A model generated the notes under the pieces. That model searched no databases. It saw nothing but the letters and a program-made list of their open reading frames with translations, and had not been told where the DNA came from. 64,000 nt of DNA from Methyloligellaceae bacterium (lineage in GTDB: Bacteria > Pseudomonadota > Alphaproteobacteria > Rhizobiales > CBDHHC01), in contig JBOEGA010000020.1 of assembly GCA_050633205.1 (NCBI GenBank), positions 1,387 to 65,386 on the forward strand, written 5' to 3'. Shown in pieces: positions 9,001 to 17,319 of this stretch. Position numbers and translations under genes: made by a program. The number at the start of each line of letters is the position of its first letter. Positions within the stretch are counted from its first letter, which is position 1.

Positions 9001-11526
9001 AAAGCTGCTCCGGAGAGTTTGCCTTTGGAAGAAGTTCAGCGGGCAAGTGAAATTGCTAAAACTATGGCATCAGGTGCGATGAGCCATGGTGCTCTTAACG
9101 CACCGGCACACGAAGCTGTTGCTCACGGAACAAATATTGCCGGCGGTTTGTCCAACTCTGGAGAGGGTGGAGAACACATCTCTCGCTATGGCACAATTCG
9201 TTCGTCAAAAATCAAGCAGTTTGCATCAGGTCGTTTCGGTGTATGGGCCGGCTATCTTGCTGACCCGACACTGGAAGAGCTGGAAATCAAAATCGCTCAG
9301 GGTGCAAAGCCTGGTGAAGGTGGTCAGCTGCCAGCTCCAAAAGTAACTGTTGAAATTGCTGCTGCCCGTGGCGGTACTCCGGGGGTTGAGCTTATCTCAC
9401 CCCCTCCGCATCACGATACATATTCAATCGAGGATCTTGCACAGCTGATCCACGACTGTAAGGCTGCGCGTGTCAAGGTGATTGTAAAACTCGTATCTTC
9501 CGAAGGTATAGGAACGATTGCTGTTGGCGTTGCAAAAGCCGGTGCAGATGTAATCAATGTTGCCGGTAACACTGGTGGTACCGGTGCAGCTGCGGTAACC
9601 AGTCTGAAAAATACTGGCCGTGCAACAGAAATAGGTCTTGCCGAAGTGCATCAGGCATTGTGTGCGAATGGTATTCGTCAGAAAGTGGTTCTGAGAACAT
9701 CTGGTGCACACCAGACGGCCAGCGATGTTATCAAGTCAGCTCTTCTGGGAGCAGACAGCTTTGAGTTTGGTACTACTGCATTGATGATGTTGAAATGTGT
9801 TATGGCCAAGAACTGCAACATTAAATGTCCTGCTGGCCTGACAACAAATCCGGAAGTATTTGAAGGTGACCCAAGAGCTCTTGCTCAGTATCTTCTCAAT
9901 CTTTCTCATGAAACCCGGGAAATCCTTGCTGAGATCGGCATGAAGTCTCTTCGCGAAGCCAGAGGTCGCAGTGATCTGCTTCACCTTCTGGATCATCCAA
10001 AAAATATTGGTCAGCTCGACTTACGTAAAATGCTGACTGTTGTTCCTGAAAAAACAGTAGAGACGCCTGTCTATCTGGAAGCGAATTATGACATTGATGA
10101 TAGCTTCCTGCCTGAATTTAAAAAGGCAGTCATAAGCCATGGACAGGAATCTGTTGAAATTGGCAACAATGTAAAGCTGAACAACCGCAACAAGAGTGTT
10201 GGTGGTCAGTTGGCAATTGATATTGAGCGCATGTTGAACCACGAGCTTAACGAAAGTCAGCTTAAATCATCTGCAGCCATCAGTACTGATATCCGGGGAC
10301 GTAGTTTCCTGAAACCTGATAGTGTAAAAATTACGACTTCAGGGGCTGCTGGTCAGTCTTATGGTGCTTTCAGTAATGACGGAATGCACATGACACATAC
10401 CGGAACATGCAACGATGGTGTTGGTAAAGGCGCTTGTGGTGGTGTTATTGCTGTACGCTCACCTGGTGGTGGCTCGGAAGAGGCTGGTGGCAATGTGCTT
10501 ATCGGAAACTTTGCTCTATTCGGTGCATCTGGTGGGCGTCTGTTTGTAGAAGGGCAGGCTGGTGACAGATTTGCTGTTCGGAACTCTGGCGCTACAGCCG
10601 TTGTTGAAGGCGTTGGTGACTTTGCTTGTGAATATATGACAAACGGTGCCGTTATAAACCTTGGAAGTTTCGGTAAAGGCTTTGCAAATGGTATGAGCGG
10701 CGGTTTTGCTTATCAGTATGATCCATACAGGCTTCTTGAGAAGAAATACAGTGAGGACAGTGTTCGTCTGGCAAATCTTGGTGGTGATGATGAGCACGCA
10801 AAGTTTCACCAGGCTGCTGTAAAAACTATGCTTGAATGGCATGTTGAAGCTACCGGCTCCAGAAAAGCGCAATGGATACTGGATAACTGGCAGAATGAGT
10901 GTGCGAACTTCACCTATGCAATGCCAAGAGCACTTCTACTGTATCAGGATAGTGATGCCATTCTCACCGCTAGTTCTCGCAAGGGGTTGATTGACGAATT
11001 GTCCAGTGCAATCTCTGGCCATCAGGTTCGCAAGTTCAAGCTGGCATACCGCGATAATAAAGTACTGATGGGTGGCGCTGTTCCAGGTCAGGGCGAAACA
11101 AACTCCGAGACCATGTACACTCTGTTAAATAACTACACAGTGTTGCACATGGCTCAGCAGATTGCATTATCCAGAATGCCCAAAGATACAGAAATTACTG
11201 ATCCGGCAGTTCATGGAACTGTACGTAAGCTTATCCTCACAGAAGACTTTGGACTTATGAGCAGGTTATTGGGTTATTCGCGTGAAGCTCTTCAACGCTA
11301 TAGCGATGAGGAACTGGCTGTATTGGTGGGCGATAAGCGTCTGAGAGATTATAAAACCGCCTTGAGCAGAAGAAATGTTCTCTCAATGGACAGTCCGGGT
11401 ACATACGGATGGATTTTACATCAGGACCGTAAGAATGTTGCCAAACTGGGTGAACTGCCGAGCTTTGAGGAACTGTTTGCGCAACTGGCAGTAAAAGATA
11501 TGTCAATGATGGCGGTGCAAGGGTGA
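6019..11526 (+). CDS. gltB: Glutamate synthase large-subunit (GltB/Fd-GOGAT) homolog, atypically long at 1835 aa
   Basis: The RBS AGGGAGGAG precedes ATG 6019. A propeptide runs up to the Ntn Cys (EKSS/CGVGFI), followed by PHRGG. Central-domain and FMN-domain motifs are present (GAMSHGALN, SNSGEGGE, KIAQGAKPGEGGQLP, PPPHHDTYSIEDL). The cluster motif is KCVMAKNCNIKCP. The GXGXG beta-helix reads GNFALFGASGGRLFVEGQAGDRFAVRNSGATAVVEGVGDFACEYMTNG. Confidence 0.9.
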   Translation: MSANSKNPYGIYDHDLEKSSCGVGFITRKDSVQSHDVLQKGHEALCSVPHRGGMSSQGVGDGAGISVDLSLNFFRKITGIETLELGKFGVGNFFMPDDHSNDAQAEELIENVLGKLGLKTLFKRDVPVDNNAIRPAAVKDQFPIRQWVFAAPETFSEGQTFDQLIHEALLEIEKEAYTDPALSGLYPVSLSAHTQVYKGRLSSDEVMPYFCDLVDPEHTIHTMFFHTRFSTNTDPHPTMAQPFRLMAHNGELNTDKKSRLSEAAIARTKNRKIIAPKGQSDSSRLDQTLERRLIEDDLDIVTAVVAMMPPAWENDTTISPAVRDMLEYFSLYEEKNDGPAALIFGNGDVVGARLDRLGLRPLRTVETDDYLCVMSEAGQIDFPPESIKSRGRIESGGMLFYDHNEKRSYTTDEALEMLAARNDYKTLLEQARVNINDLEETITEKEFQLAHKKEDLNSLQRYVAYSHNQESFKFLMDPMLSTGAEKISAMGYGTAINTLSDQEGGISKYFSQRFAQVTNPPLDSLREADGMTLRVALGAKPKFDEGKTQQIVINSPVLHWHELRKIEGQNRVPCKRFEMLFVPVADDVEANADALERAVDALCDQIEIFARHIGGIAIISDRHINSKFAAIPHVLAISAVNQRLIEEGLRFRISLIVESGQIASSHHIATTLGFGASAVYPFAVQLRAEEKYASETIKAFARFVKASEKSLMKTMGKVGLCTAESYIAGEFFEPNFLNTNDPVLKRYFPNVPTPVGGVGFNVVAKAARDWHFSARQVQQEKDIPILGLFKERSEGAGHSFGTTAVRGFVDMTEEKISYADNDEVKGDEDALRLMPLANLEDAFGLNDTAYRFSGFNKRTPEEINNFKVTNGYRDFSRMMAEERAKRPSALRDVLDLPANVNFARTAEEFTRSMARHSLQGNNEFLVSGLTNEEIEKGRFRLTLTGSVGSSTERLIALGTSFVERFGTDILDRQVTDEDLTIVVTGRTLEYFSLLKAAPESLPLEEVQRASEIAKTMASGAMSHGALNAPAHEAVAHGTNIAGGLSNSGEGGEHISRYGTIRSSKIKQFASGRFGVWAGYLADPTLEELEIKIAQGAKPGEGGQLPAPKVTVEIAAARGGTPGVELISPPPHHDTYSIEDLAQLIHDCKAARVKVIVKLVSSEGIGTIAVGVAKAGADVINVAGNTGGTGAAAVTSLKNTGRATEIGLAEVHQALCANGIRQKVVLRTSGAHQTASDVIKSALLGADSFEFGTTALMMLKCVMAKNCNIKCPAGLTTNPEVFEGDPRALAQYLLNLSHETREILAEIGMKSLREARGRSDLLHLLDHPKNIGQLDLRKMLTVVPEKTVETPVYLEANYDIDDSFLPEFKKAVISHGQESVEIGNNVKLNNRNKSVGGQLAIDIERMLNHELNESQLKSSAAISTDIRGRSFLKPDSVKITTSGAAGQSYGAFSNDGMHMTHTGTCNDGVGKGACGGVIAVRSPGGGSEEAGGNVLIGNFALFGASGGRLFVEGQAGDRFAVRNSGATAVVEGVGDFACEYMTNGAVINLGSFGKGFANGMSGGFAYQYDPYRLLEKKYSEDSVRLANLGGDDEHAKFHQAAVKTMLEWHVEATGSRKAQWILDNWQNECANFTYAMPRALLLYQDSDAILTASSRKGLIDELSSAISGHQVRKFKLAYRDNKVLMGGAVPGQGETNSETMYTLLNNYTVLHMAQQIALSRMPKDTEITDPAVHGTVRKLILTEDFGLMSRLLGYSREALQRYSDEELAVLVGDKRLRDYKTALSRRNVLSMDSPGTYGWILHQDRKNVAKLGELPSFEELFAQLAVKDMSMMAVQG

Positions 11527-13292
11527 AGAATAAAATGAAGATACCATACATCCCCGAAGATGCTCCTTTTAATGAGGATCAGAGAGCCTGGCTGAACGGT
11601 TTTTGGGCCGGGTTTAACTCAAGCATTATTATGACTGGTCAGGTAGGAGATGCGCCCGGCCAGACAACCAAAATTGTCAATATTCTATATGGAACACAGA
11701 CAGGTAATGCGGAAATACTGGCAAATGAAGCTGCAGATGCAGCAAAAGGCGCTGGTATGACACCTGTTGTTGAATCTCTTGAAGATGTCGACCTTGAGCG
11801 TTTTGCAGCAATGGAGCGTGTTATCATCGTAACCTCCACATATGGTGAAGGTGAAATGCCTGATAATGCACAACTGTTCTGGGAAGCATTAACGGCAACT
11901 ACAGCCCCTCGCATGGAAAGCATGAATTACGCCGTTCTGGCGATAGGTGACACTGCTTATGATGAATTCTGTGAAGCCGGAAAGCTGTTCGATATTCGTC
12001 TGGAGCAATTGGGTGCGAACCGTGTAGCACCACGTATTGACTGTGATGTGGACTATGAAGACCCTGCTGCTGCCTGGATCGAAGAAAACCTTCCAAAAAT
12101 GATTGAGTTCGGTTCTGATGATGGACCAGCAGATGGAGCTCAGCTTGCTACAACTGGCGGGTCTGCCGAAAAGTCGAAATGGACGCGTAAAAATCCATAT
12201 ACTTCAGTTGTCTCAACAAACAGGCTTTTGTCTGGAGAAGGCTCTGCAAAGGAAATCAGGCATTTCGAATTTGAACTGGGTGATAGCGATATCAAATACG
12301 AAGCTGGTGACGCACTTGGTGTAATGCCGGTAAATAATCCGGAACTGGTATCAGATATTCTTGGCCGTTTGAATCTGTCCGCTGATGCGGCAGTATCAGG
12401 TCAGGATGCAGCTCTGGGAACTTTGCTCACAAACGGTTTTGAAATTTCAATGCCTTCTAAGGATCTGATAAGAGCAATTGAAGAGCGTGCCGGAAATGAT
12501 GAATTATCTCATATTGTTACTCATGGTGACAAAGAGGCAATGGACAACTTCCTGTGGTCGAAAGACAGTCTGGACCTGTTGAATTTAAATCCCGAAGTTT
12601 CATTCACGGCTGATGAATTTGTTGGCTTATTAAAACCTCTGCAACACAGAGCCTATTCAATATCATCCAGCTCTTTGCGCAACCCAGACCAGATACACCT
12701 GACCATAGCAAGTGTACGATATCATTCACATGGCCGGGACCATGGTGGTGTTTGTTCAACCTTCCTGGCTGATCTGGTCAGTGAGGGGGATACAGCAGGA
12801 ATATTTCTGTCTCCAAATAAAGCTTTCCGTGTCCCTGAAGATAATGATGTTCCAATGATTATGGTTGGCCCTGGTACCGGTATTGCTCCATTCCGGGCGT
12901 TTCTTCATGAGCGTCAGGAACGTGGCGCTAAAGGAAAGAACTGGCTCCTGTTTGGTGATCAGCACAGATCCTGCGATTACATCTATGAAGATGAAATTGA
13001 AGAGATGGCAACTGCCGGAGTCCTTCATAAGCTTGACCTTGCTTTCTCTCGTGATCAGGCCGAAAAAGTTTATGTTCAGACGCGTATGAAAGAAAGTGGT
13101 GCTGACCTTTATGCCTGGCTGGAAGAGGGCGGTTACTTTTATATATGTGGTGATGCAACCAGAATGGCAAAAGACGTCGATAAGGCGTTGCATGACATAG
13201 TTATGGAACATGGCGGCAGATCTGAAGAGCAGGCAGTCGAGTATGTGAATGCTATGAAAAAGGAAAAACGTTATCTTCGTGATGTATATTGA
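11523..13292 (+). CDS. CysJ-like NADPH diflavin reductase (flavodoxin-like FMN domain plus FAD/NADPH FNR module)
   Basis: Motifs are ILYGTQTGNAE, TSTYGEGEMPDNA, RAYSISSS, GPGTGIAPFRAF, YICGDATRMAKDV and RYLRDVY. GTG 11523 overlaps the upstream TGA (11524-11526), and the first ATG is at 11535. The N-terminal segment reads IPEDAPFNEDQRAWLNGFWAGF. Confidence 0.85.
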   Translation: MKNKMKIPYIPEDAPFNEDQRAWLNGFWAGFNSSIIMTGQVGDAPGQTTKIVNILYGTQTGNAEILANEAADAAKGAGMTPVVESLEDVDLERFAAMERVIIVTSTYGEGEMPDNAQLFWEALTATTAPRMESMNYAVLAIGDTAYDEFCEAGKLFDIRLEQLGANRVAPRIDCDVDYEDPAAAWIEENLPKMIEFGSDDGPADGAQLATTGGSAEKSKWTRKNPYTSVVSTNRLLSGEGSAKEIRHFEFELGDSDIKYEAGDALGVMPVNNPELVSDILGRLNLSADAAVSGQDAALGTLLTNGFEISMPSKDLIRAIEERAGNDELSHIVTHGDKEAMDNFLWSKDSLDLLNLNPEVSFTADEFVGLLKPLQHRAYSISSSSLRNPDQIHLTIASVRYHSHGRDHGGVCSTFLADLVSEGDTAGIFLSPNKAFRVPEDNDVPMIMVGPGTGIAPFRAFLHERQERGAKGKNWLLFGDQHRSCDYIYEDEIEEMATAGVLHKLDLAFSRDQAEKVYVQTRMKESGADLYAWLEEGGYFYICGDATRMAKDVDKALHDIVMEHGGRSEEQAVEYVNAMKKEKRYLRDVY

Positions 13293-13314
13293 TAATTAAT
13301 TAATGCAATAAGAT

Positions 13315-13350
13315 CATAAGAGAAACGCGGTATAATACGTTTTTCTTATG
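13315..13350 (+). terminator. 13-bp stem (one mismatch) hairpin after the cysJ-like gene
   Basis: The sequence is CATAAGAGAAACG-cggtataata-CGTTTTTCTTATG, 23 nt after the stop. Confidence 0.4.
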
Positions 13351-13459
13351 ACGCATTAGCCTATACAATTGTATAGAAGATATTTCCTCCTGTTGAAGTG
13401 TATAAGAAGAGCTCTGATTTGAGAGCTCTCTTTCACAAAAATAAACAGGAGGTTTTTTT

Positions 13460-13990
13460 ATGACAATTGAAGGCCAGAATATGGATCAGGCAGCTCCCGG
13501 CGAGCTGGTTAATGAGCCTACTGAGGAGCAGAAACGTGAGGTGCTTGAAAAAAGGCTTCATGCAGCTGCATTTGCAGAAATCGTTAGTGTATTAATGCGC
13601 TCACCTGCCCACAACCAGATGCCTTTAAGAAATCTGGAAGGCCATGTCGTCCCTCCGTTTCTCACCAAGCAGTTCTCAATTGCACGTGCAAAATCCAAAG
13701 AAGGGCATTTTCCAATATTTCCGGTTGGTGTTGCGCTATGGGCGAGCGTATCAGATGAAATTGACAAGCGCCTTTCGGAAAATCCTGATGCACCTGTCCA
13801 GCTCAAGCCAAATGAATGGAAGAGCGGAGATAATATATGGGTAATTGATATTGTAGCCCGCCCTGAGGTTGGTACAAAAATTCTGGATGATCTAAAGAAA
13901 AGCGCTTTCAAGGGCAAGCAGTTCAAAATGCGGGTAGCTGGCACTGATGGCACAAGAAAAATTGAAACCATGTCTGGTGAAGCGGCATAG
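13460..13990 (+). CDS. RTX-toxin-activating lysine acyltransferase family protein (HlyC/CyaC-like)
   Basis: The RBS AGGAGG precedes the ATG. The segments FAEIVSVLMRSPAHNQMPL...VALWASVSDEI...NEWKSGDNIWVIDIVARPEVG parallel the HlyC segments I recall (LGEIVWLWMNSPLHRNW...CSWANLSLENE...DWTSGDRKWFIDWIAPFG). The His and Asp positions are conserved. Confidence 0.65.
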   Translation: MTIEGQNMDQAAPGELVNEPTEEQKREVLEKRLHAAAFAEIVSVLMRSPAHNQMPLRNLEGHVVPPFLTKQFSIARAKSKEGHFPIFPVGVALWASVSDEIDKRLSENPDAPVQLKPNEWKSGDNIWVIDIVARPEVGTKILDDLKKSAFKGKQFKMRVAGTDGTRKIETMSGEAA

Positions 13991-14001
13991 TTCAACATAA
14001 T

Positions 14002-14040
14002 AGAAGGGCGCACCTCACAGGATGCGCCCCTTCTTTTGTC
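14002..14040. terminator. Hairpin between convergent genes (GGGCGCA-cctcacagga-TGCGCCC followed by CTTCTTTTG)
   Basis: A GC-rich 7-bp stem plus a T-rich tail on the + strand lies between the stops at 13990 and 14039. Confidence 0.6.
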
Positions 14041-14728
14041 ATACATTTGGCATAAGGCTGGTCAGGTGCGAGTTCCTGGCTATCAGAAAATTCCATAACC
14101 GTTCCTCATAATCATCGGTGACAGCAGCCTGAATAGAAGGTCTCTCTGCCAAAGCTTTACGCCATCCGGTAGCCTTGGGTTTGTCCTGAAATACTCCAAA
14201 ATCCTGTATCTTGTCAAAAACGTCAAAATACCTGAAAACAGGACCATATACAGCGTCTGTCAGAGAGAACTCCTTGCCCGAAAAATAAGGGCCTTCTTCA
14301 AGTTTGTTTTCCAGCAACTGTAATTTATTAGAGATAGCTGATGTTTTATCTGCAAATGTTTTACTATCTTTCGCGGAATAAAACCCTCCTATATCACTGA
14401 GAAGCGTTGAACCAAATTCCATCCAGGATCTGTGCTGGGCGCGAATTAATGGATCTGATGGATGCATGGGATTATCCTGAGTATCTTCAATATATTCAAG
14501 AATAACCGAAGATTCGAAAATCGCAGTATCACCAACTTTTAAAACAGGAACTCTGCCTAATGGAGAAATCTCTAAAAACCAGTCAGGCTTCTGCGCCAGG
14601 TCAATATAGACTTTCTCAAATGCAGCGTTCTTTTCCTCAAGGGCAATAACTGCTCGCTGAACATAAGGGCATAGATAATGGCTGATTAAGGTCAATGAGT
14701 TCGACATGACAGATCCTTTATATTGCAA
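14039..14728 (-). CDS. Glutathione S-transferase family protein
   Basis: The N-terminal thioredoxin-like fold reads LISHYLCPYVQRAVIALEEKN...ISPLGRVPVLKVGDTAIFESSVILEYI. The likely true start is ATG 14707 (MSNSLTL), preceded by AAGGA. Confidence 0.85.
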   Translation of the reverse strand: MQYKGSVMSNSLTLISHYLCPYVQRAVIALEEKNAAFEKVYIDLAQKPDWFLEISPLGRVPVLKVGDTAIFESSVILEYIEDTQDNPMHPSDPLIRAQHRSWMEFGSTLLSDIGGFYSAKDSKTFADKTSAISNKLQLLENKLEEGPYFSGKEFSLTDAVYGPVFRYFDVFDKIQDFGVFQDKPKATGWRKALAERPSIQAAVTDDYEERLWNFLIARNSHLTSLMPNV

Positions 14729-14883
14729 GTAGTATCATTTGCAATATAAAATGCTGTTTATAGTTGTGATTGTCAATCTTGAAAAATCACTAATGCAACG
14801 ATAGTTGCCTAATGCTTGAGTTAAGTCATTGAATATCAATTGTAATAATTTATGAATAACATTTTTGTGTGGCTATATAGAAA

Positions 14884-15318
14884 TTAATTTTGGATATGTT
14901 GGTTAACTATTTCCAGAACTTTACGAAATGTATAATGCCAGTCATTATCAGTGCCATCGCTGAGTTTATGCCAGAAAAAACTAAAATTATACTCATTCCC
15001 ATCCCCTTCAAGAGCAGTATGGGACCAGCTCTCCGGCAACTCACGGTTGACAGTTTCACAGATATAGATATGCCATGATTGCTGTTCATCTTCGAAAAGC
15101 ACATCACCAATAAAGTCTTTTACTCTGGCATCATCAATTCCACTCTCCTCGTGAAGTTCACGAAGTGCAGCCTCGGCATAGTCTTCTCCGGGATCTATAG
15201 TCCCCTTGACAATCTGTTTTCCAGCAAGAGGATGCTGAAAGGATAGAACCTCAATTTCATCGTTTTTTTCCCGCAGAATAATCGGGCAGGCTTTCAGGCT
15301 AATAGAATTTTTCTCCAT
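14884..15318 (-). CDS. NUDIX hydrolase
   Basis: The complete Nudix box is GTIDPGEDYAEAALRELHEESGI (G-x5-E-x7-REUxEExGU). Confidence 0.85.
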   Translation of the reverse strand: MEKNSISLKACPIILREKNDEIEVLSFQHPLAGKQIVKGTIDPGEDYAEAALRELHEESGIDDARVKDFIGDVLFEDEQQSWHIYICETVNRELPESWSHTALEGDGNEYNFSFFWHKLSDGTDNDWHYTFRKVLEIVNQHIQN

Positions 15319-15373
15319 AAACAGGCCTTCTCAAAATAATAATAGTAGTTGATTTGAAATGCAGTGTCAGGTG

Positions 15374-15649
15374 CTACTCTCTGACAATAGCACCTAGCAT
15401 CTCCCAGTTGGCATCATGCATTTCCATTTTTTCACAGGCAGAGCGTATGGCTTCAAAATCTTCAGGAGAAATCTCGACCTGATGTTCATATAGCCAGCCG
15501 GATATAAGGTTTAAAGCCGCTGCGGGCTGTTCATGATTAATAACCAGCCCCCTGACTTCCGCTATTTCGTTTGCTGTAAGTTTACCCGACACTCGGTCCA
15601 GAATAGCAAGCACCCACTTCTGATGACGGGGTTTACCAAGTCCGAACAT
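15374..15649 (-). CDS. Small hypothetical protein (91 aa)
   Basis: Its ATG (15649-15647) directly abuts the TAA of the upstream M20 peptidase gene (TAAATG), which suggests translational coupling. I see no diagnostic motif. Confidence 0.5.
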   Translation of the reverse strand: MFGLGKPRHQKWVLAILDRVSGKLTANEIAEVRGLVINHEQPAAALNLISGWLYEHQVEISPEDFEAIRSACEKMEMHDANWEMLGAIVRE

Positions 15650-17068
15650 TTACAGCCTCGCCAGCTTGTCCATAATTCGTGCCCAGGCCCTTCGCCCATG
15701 TTTAAAACTGGAGAGGTTATATTTCTCATTCGGAGCATGAATACGGTCATCCTCAAGAGCAAAACCAATAAGGAGTGTATCCATTCCCAGTTCATTCTTG
15801 AATGGCTCAACAATTGGAATGGAAGCGCCGCAACCCATCATAATGGCCTGCACACCAAATTCTTCAGTTAAGGCTTCTGCAGAGGCTTTCATTGAGGCAC
15901 TGTTTTGGTCAAACTTCACAGCAGGAGCACCATGCTCACCTTTAAATTCAGCAGTACAGTCGGAAGGGAGCCGTTCAGTGACAAACTTTTTCACACCCTC
16001 GAGAACTTTATCGGGATCCTGATTGGCAACAAGCCTGAAGGAGAGCTTTGCAAAAGCACTTTCCGGAATAACAGTTTTGCTGCCGGGCCCGGTATAGCCC
16101 CCATGAATACCATTAATTTCAAGGGCAGGGCGGGCCCATAACTGTTCCAGTGCGTTGTACTTCTTCTCTCCCGCCGCTTCACTTAGTCCGACACCGCCAA
16201 GAAAAGTTTGAGCATCAAAACCAATGTTACGCCATTGCTCCAGCTGCTCTTCAGAGGTTTGCATCACTTCATCATAAAACCCGGGTATCTGAATAGAACC
16301 CTGATCATCGTAAAGATCACCTAATATATGCGTTAAAACCCTGATCGGATTTCTGACTGGACCACCATAAAGGCCTGAATGTAAATCACGGTTAGGGCCT
16401 GAAATAACAACTTCAATTGATGCCAGCCCACGCAGCATAGTAGTAATCGCAGGTGTTTTGGCATCCCACTGGCCTGTGTCACAAACTAGTGCAAGGTCCG
16501 CTTTCAGTTTATCGGAATGTTCTTCTAAAAATGCTGGAAGGCTGGGGCTTCCACACTCTTCTTCGCCTTCAAACAGCACGGTAATTCTGAGTGGCAATGA
16601 ACCATGAACATCCATCCAGGCACGACAGGCCTCAAGAAAGGTCATGAGCTGCCCTTTATCATCAGAAGAGCCCCGCCCCATAATAACCGGGCCGTGTAGT
16701 TTATCCTCAACGATACCTGGTTCAAAAGGAGGAGCATCCCATAAATCCAGAGGGTCAACAGGCTGAACATCGTAATGTCCGTAAAACAGAACATGGGGGC
16801 CAGACTGCCCACCATCTGGCACATACTGTCCGACAACCATCGGTTCGCCGGTAGTTTCCATCACACTGGTTTCAAAACCAGTTTCCTTCAACATATCAGC
16901 GCAGTAATTTGCTGCCTTAACACAATCATCATGATGCGCAGGATTTGTTGAAATACTGGGAATACGCATTAGTTCAAACACACGTTCCAGTGCTTCATCA
17001 GTCGTATCATCCAGTTTTTGTAGGACAGGTCCCAGAATATCAGTCATGCTATAACACCTCCGCATCAA
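15650..17068 (-). CDS. M20 family metallopeptidase/dipeptidase (ArgE/DapE/ACY1/CPG2 family)
   Basis: Motifs are HVLFYGHYDVQP, GRGSSDDKGQ and LFEGEEECGS. The likely start is ATG 17047 (MTDILGP), preceded by GGAGGTG. Confidence 0.85.
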   Translation of the reverse strand: MMRRCYSMTDILGPVLQKLDDTTDEALERVFELMRIPSISTNPAHHDDCVKAANYCADMLKETGFETSVMETTGEPMVVGQYVPDGGQSGPHVLFYGHYDVQPVDPLDLWDAPPFEPGIVEDKLHGPVIMGRGSSDDKGQLMTFLEACRAWMDVHGSLPLRITVLFEGEEECGSPSLPAFLEEHSDKLKADLALVCDTGQWDAKTPAITTMLRGLASIEVVISGPNRDLHSGLYGGPVRNPIRVLTHILGDLYDDQGSIQIPGFYDEVMQTSEEQLEQWRNIGFDAQTFLGGVGLSEAAGEKKYNALEQLWARPALEINGIHGGYTGPGSKTVIPESAFAKLSFRLVANQDPDKVLEGVKKFVTERLPSDCTAEFKGEHGAPAVKFDQNSASMKASAEALTEEFGVQAIMMGCGASIPIVEPFKNELGMDTLLIGFALEDDRIHAPNEKYNLSSFKHGRRAWARIMDKLARL

Positions 17069-17319
17069 ACTTTACAGCAATCGAATTTAAACAGCTTATC
17101 ATGTTTGAAATACCGCGGCTCTTAGCTAAAAAGAGATTTTCCCCAAAATCTTTCTTGATAAACTTGGTTGAGTATAAGCATGTAATATATCGAATTTATT
17201 GCAGTACTTACTCATAAAGCCATAGCACAGAAATAGTTTAGGACATAATCAGGGAATAGTAATATTGTGATATATTCAGTTTTTATATAAATTCAGCACT
17301 AAGAACAAGGGGAGTATTA

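Noticed and set aside
13558-14046. 162-aa minus-strand ORF overlapping the HlyC-like gene
   Set aside because: The + frame has a strong RBS and family motifs. The minus frame has neither, and it runs through the terminator hairpin.
15374-15649. The idea that the 91-aa protein is a MafI-type immunity protein of a toxin-immunity pair
   Set aside because: The only support is a vague helical resemblance from memory. It is translationally coupled to an M20 peptidase, and no toxin domain is nearby.
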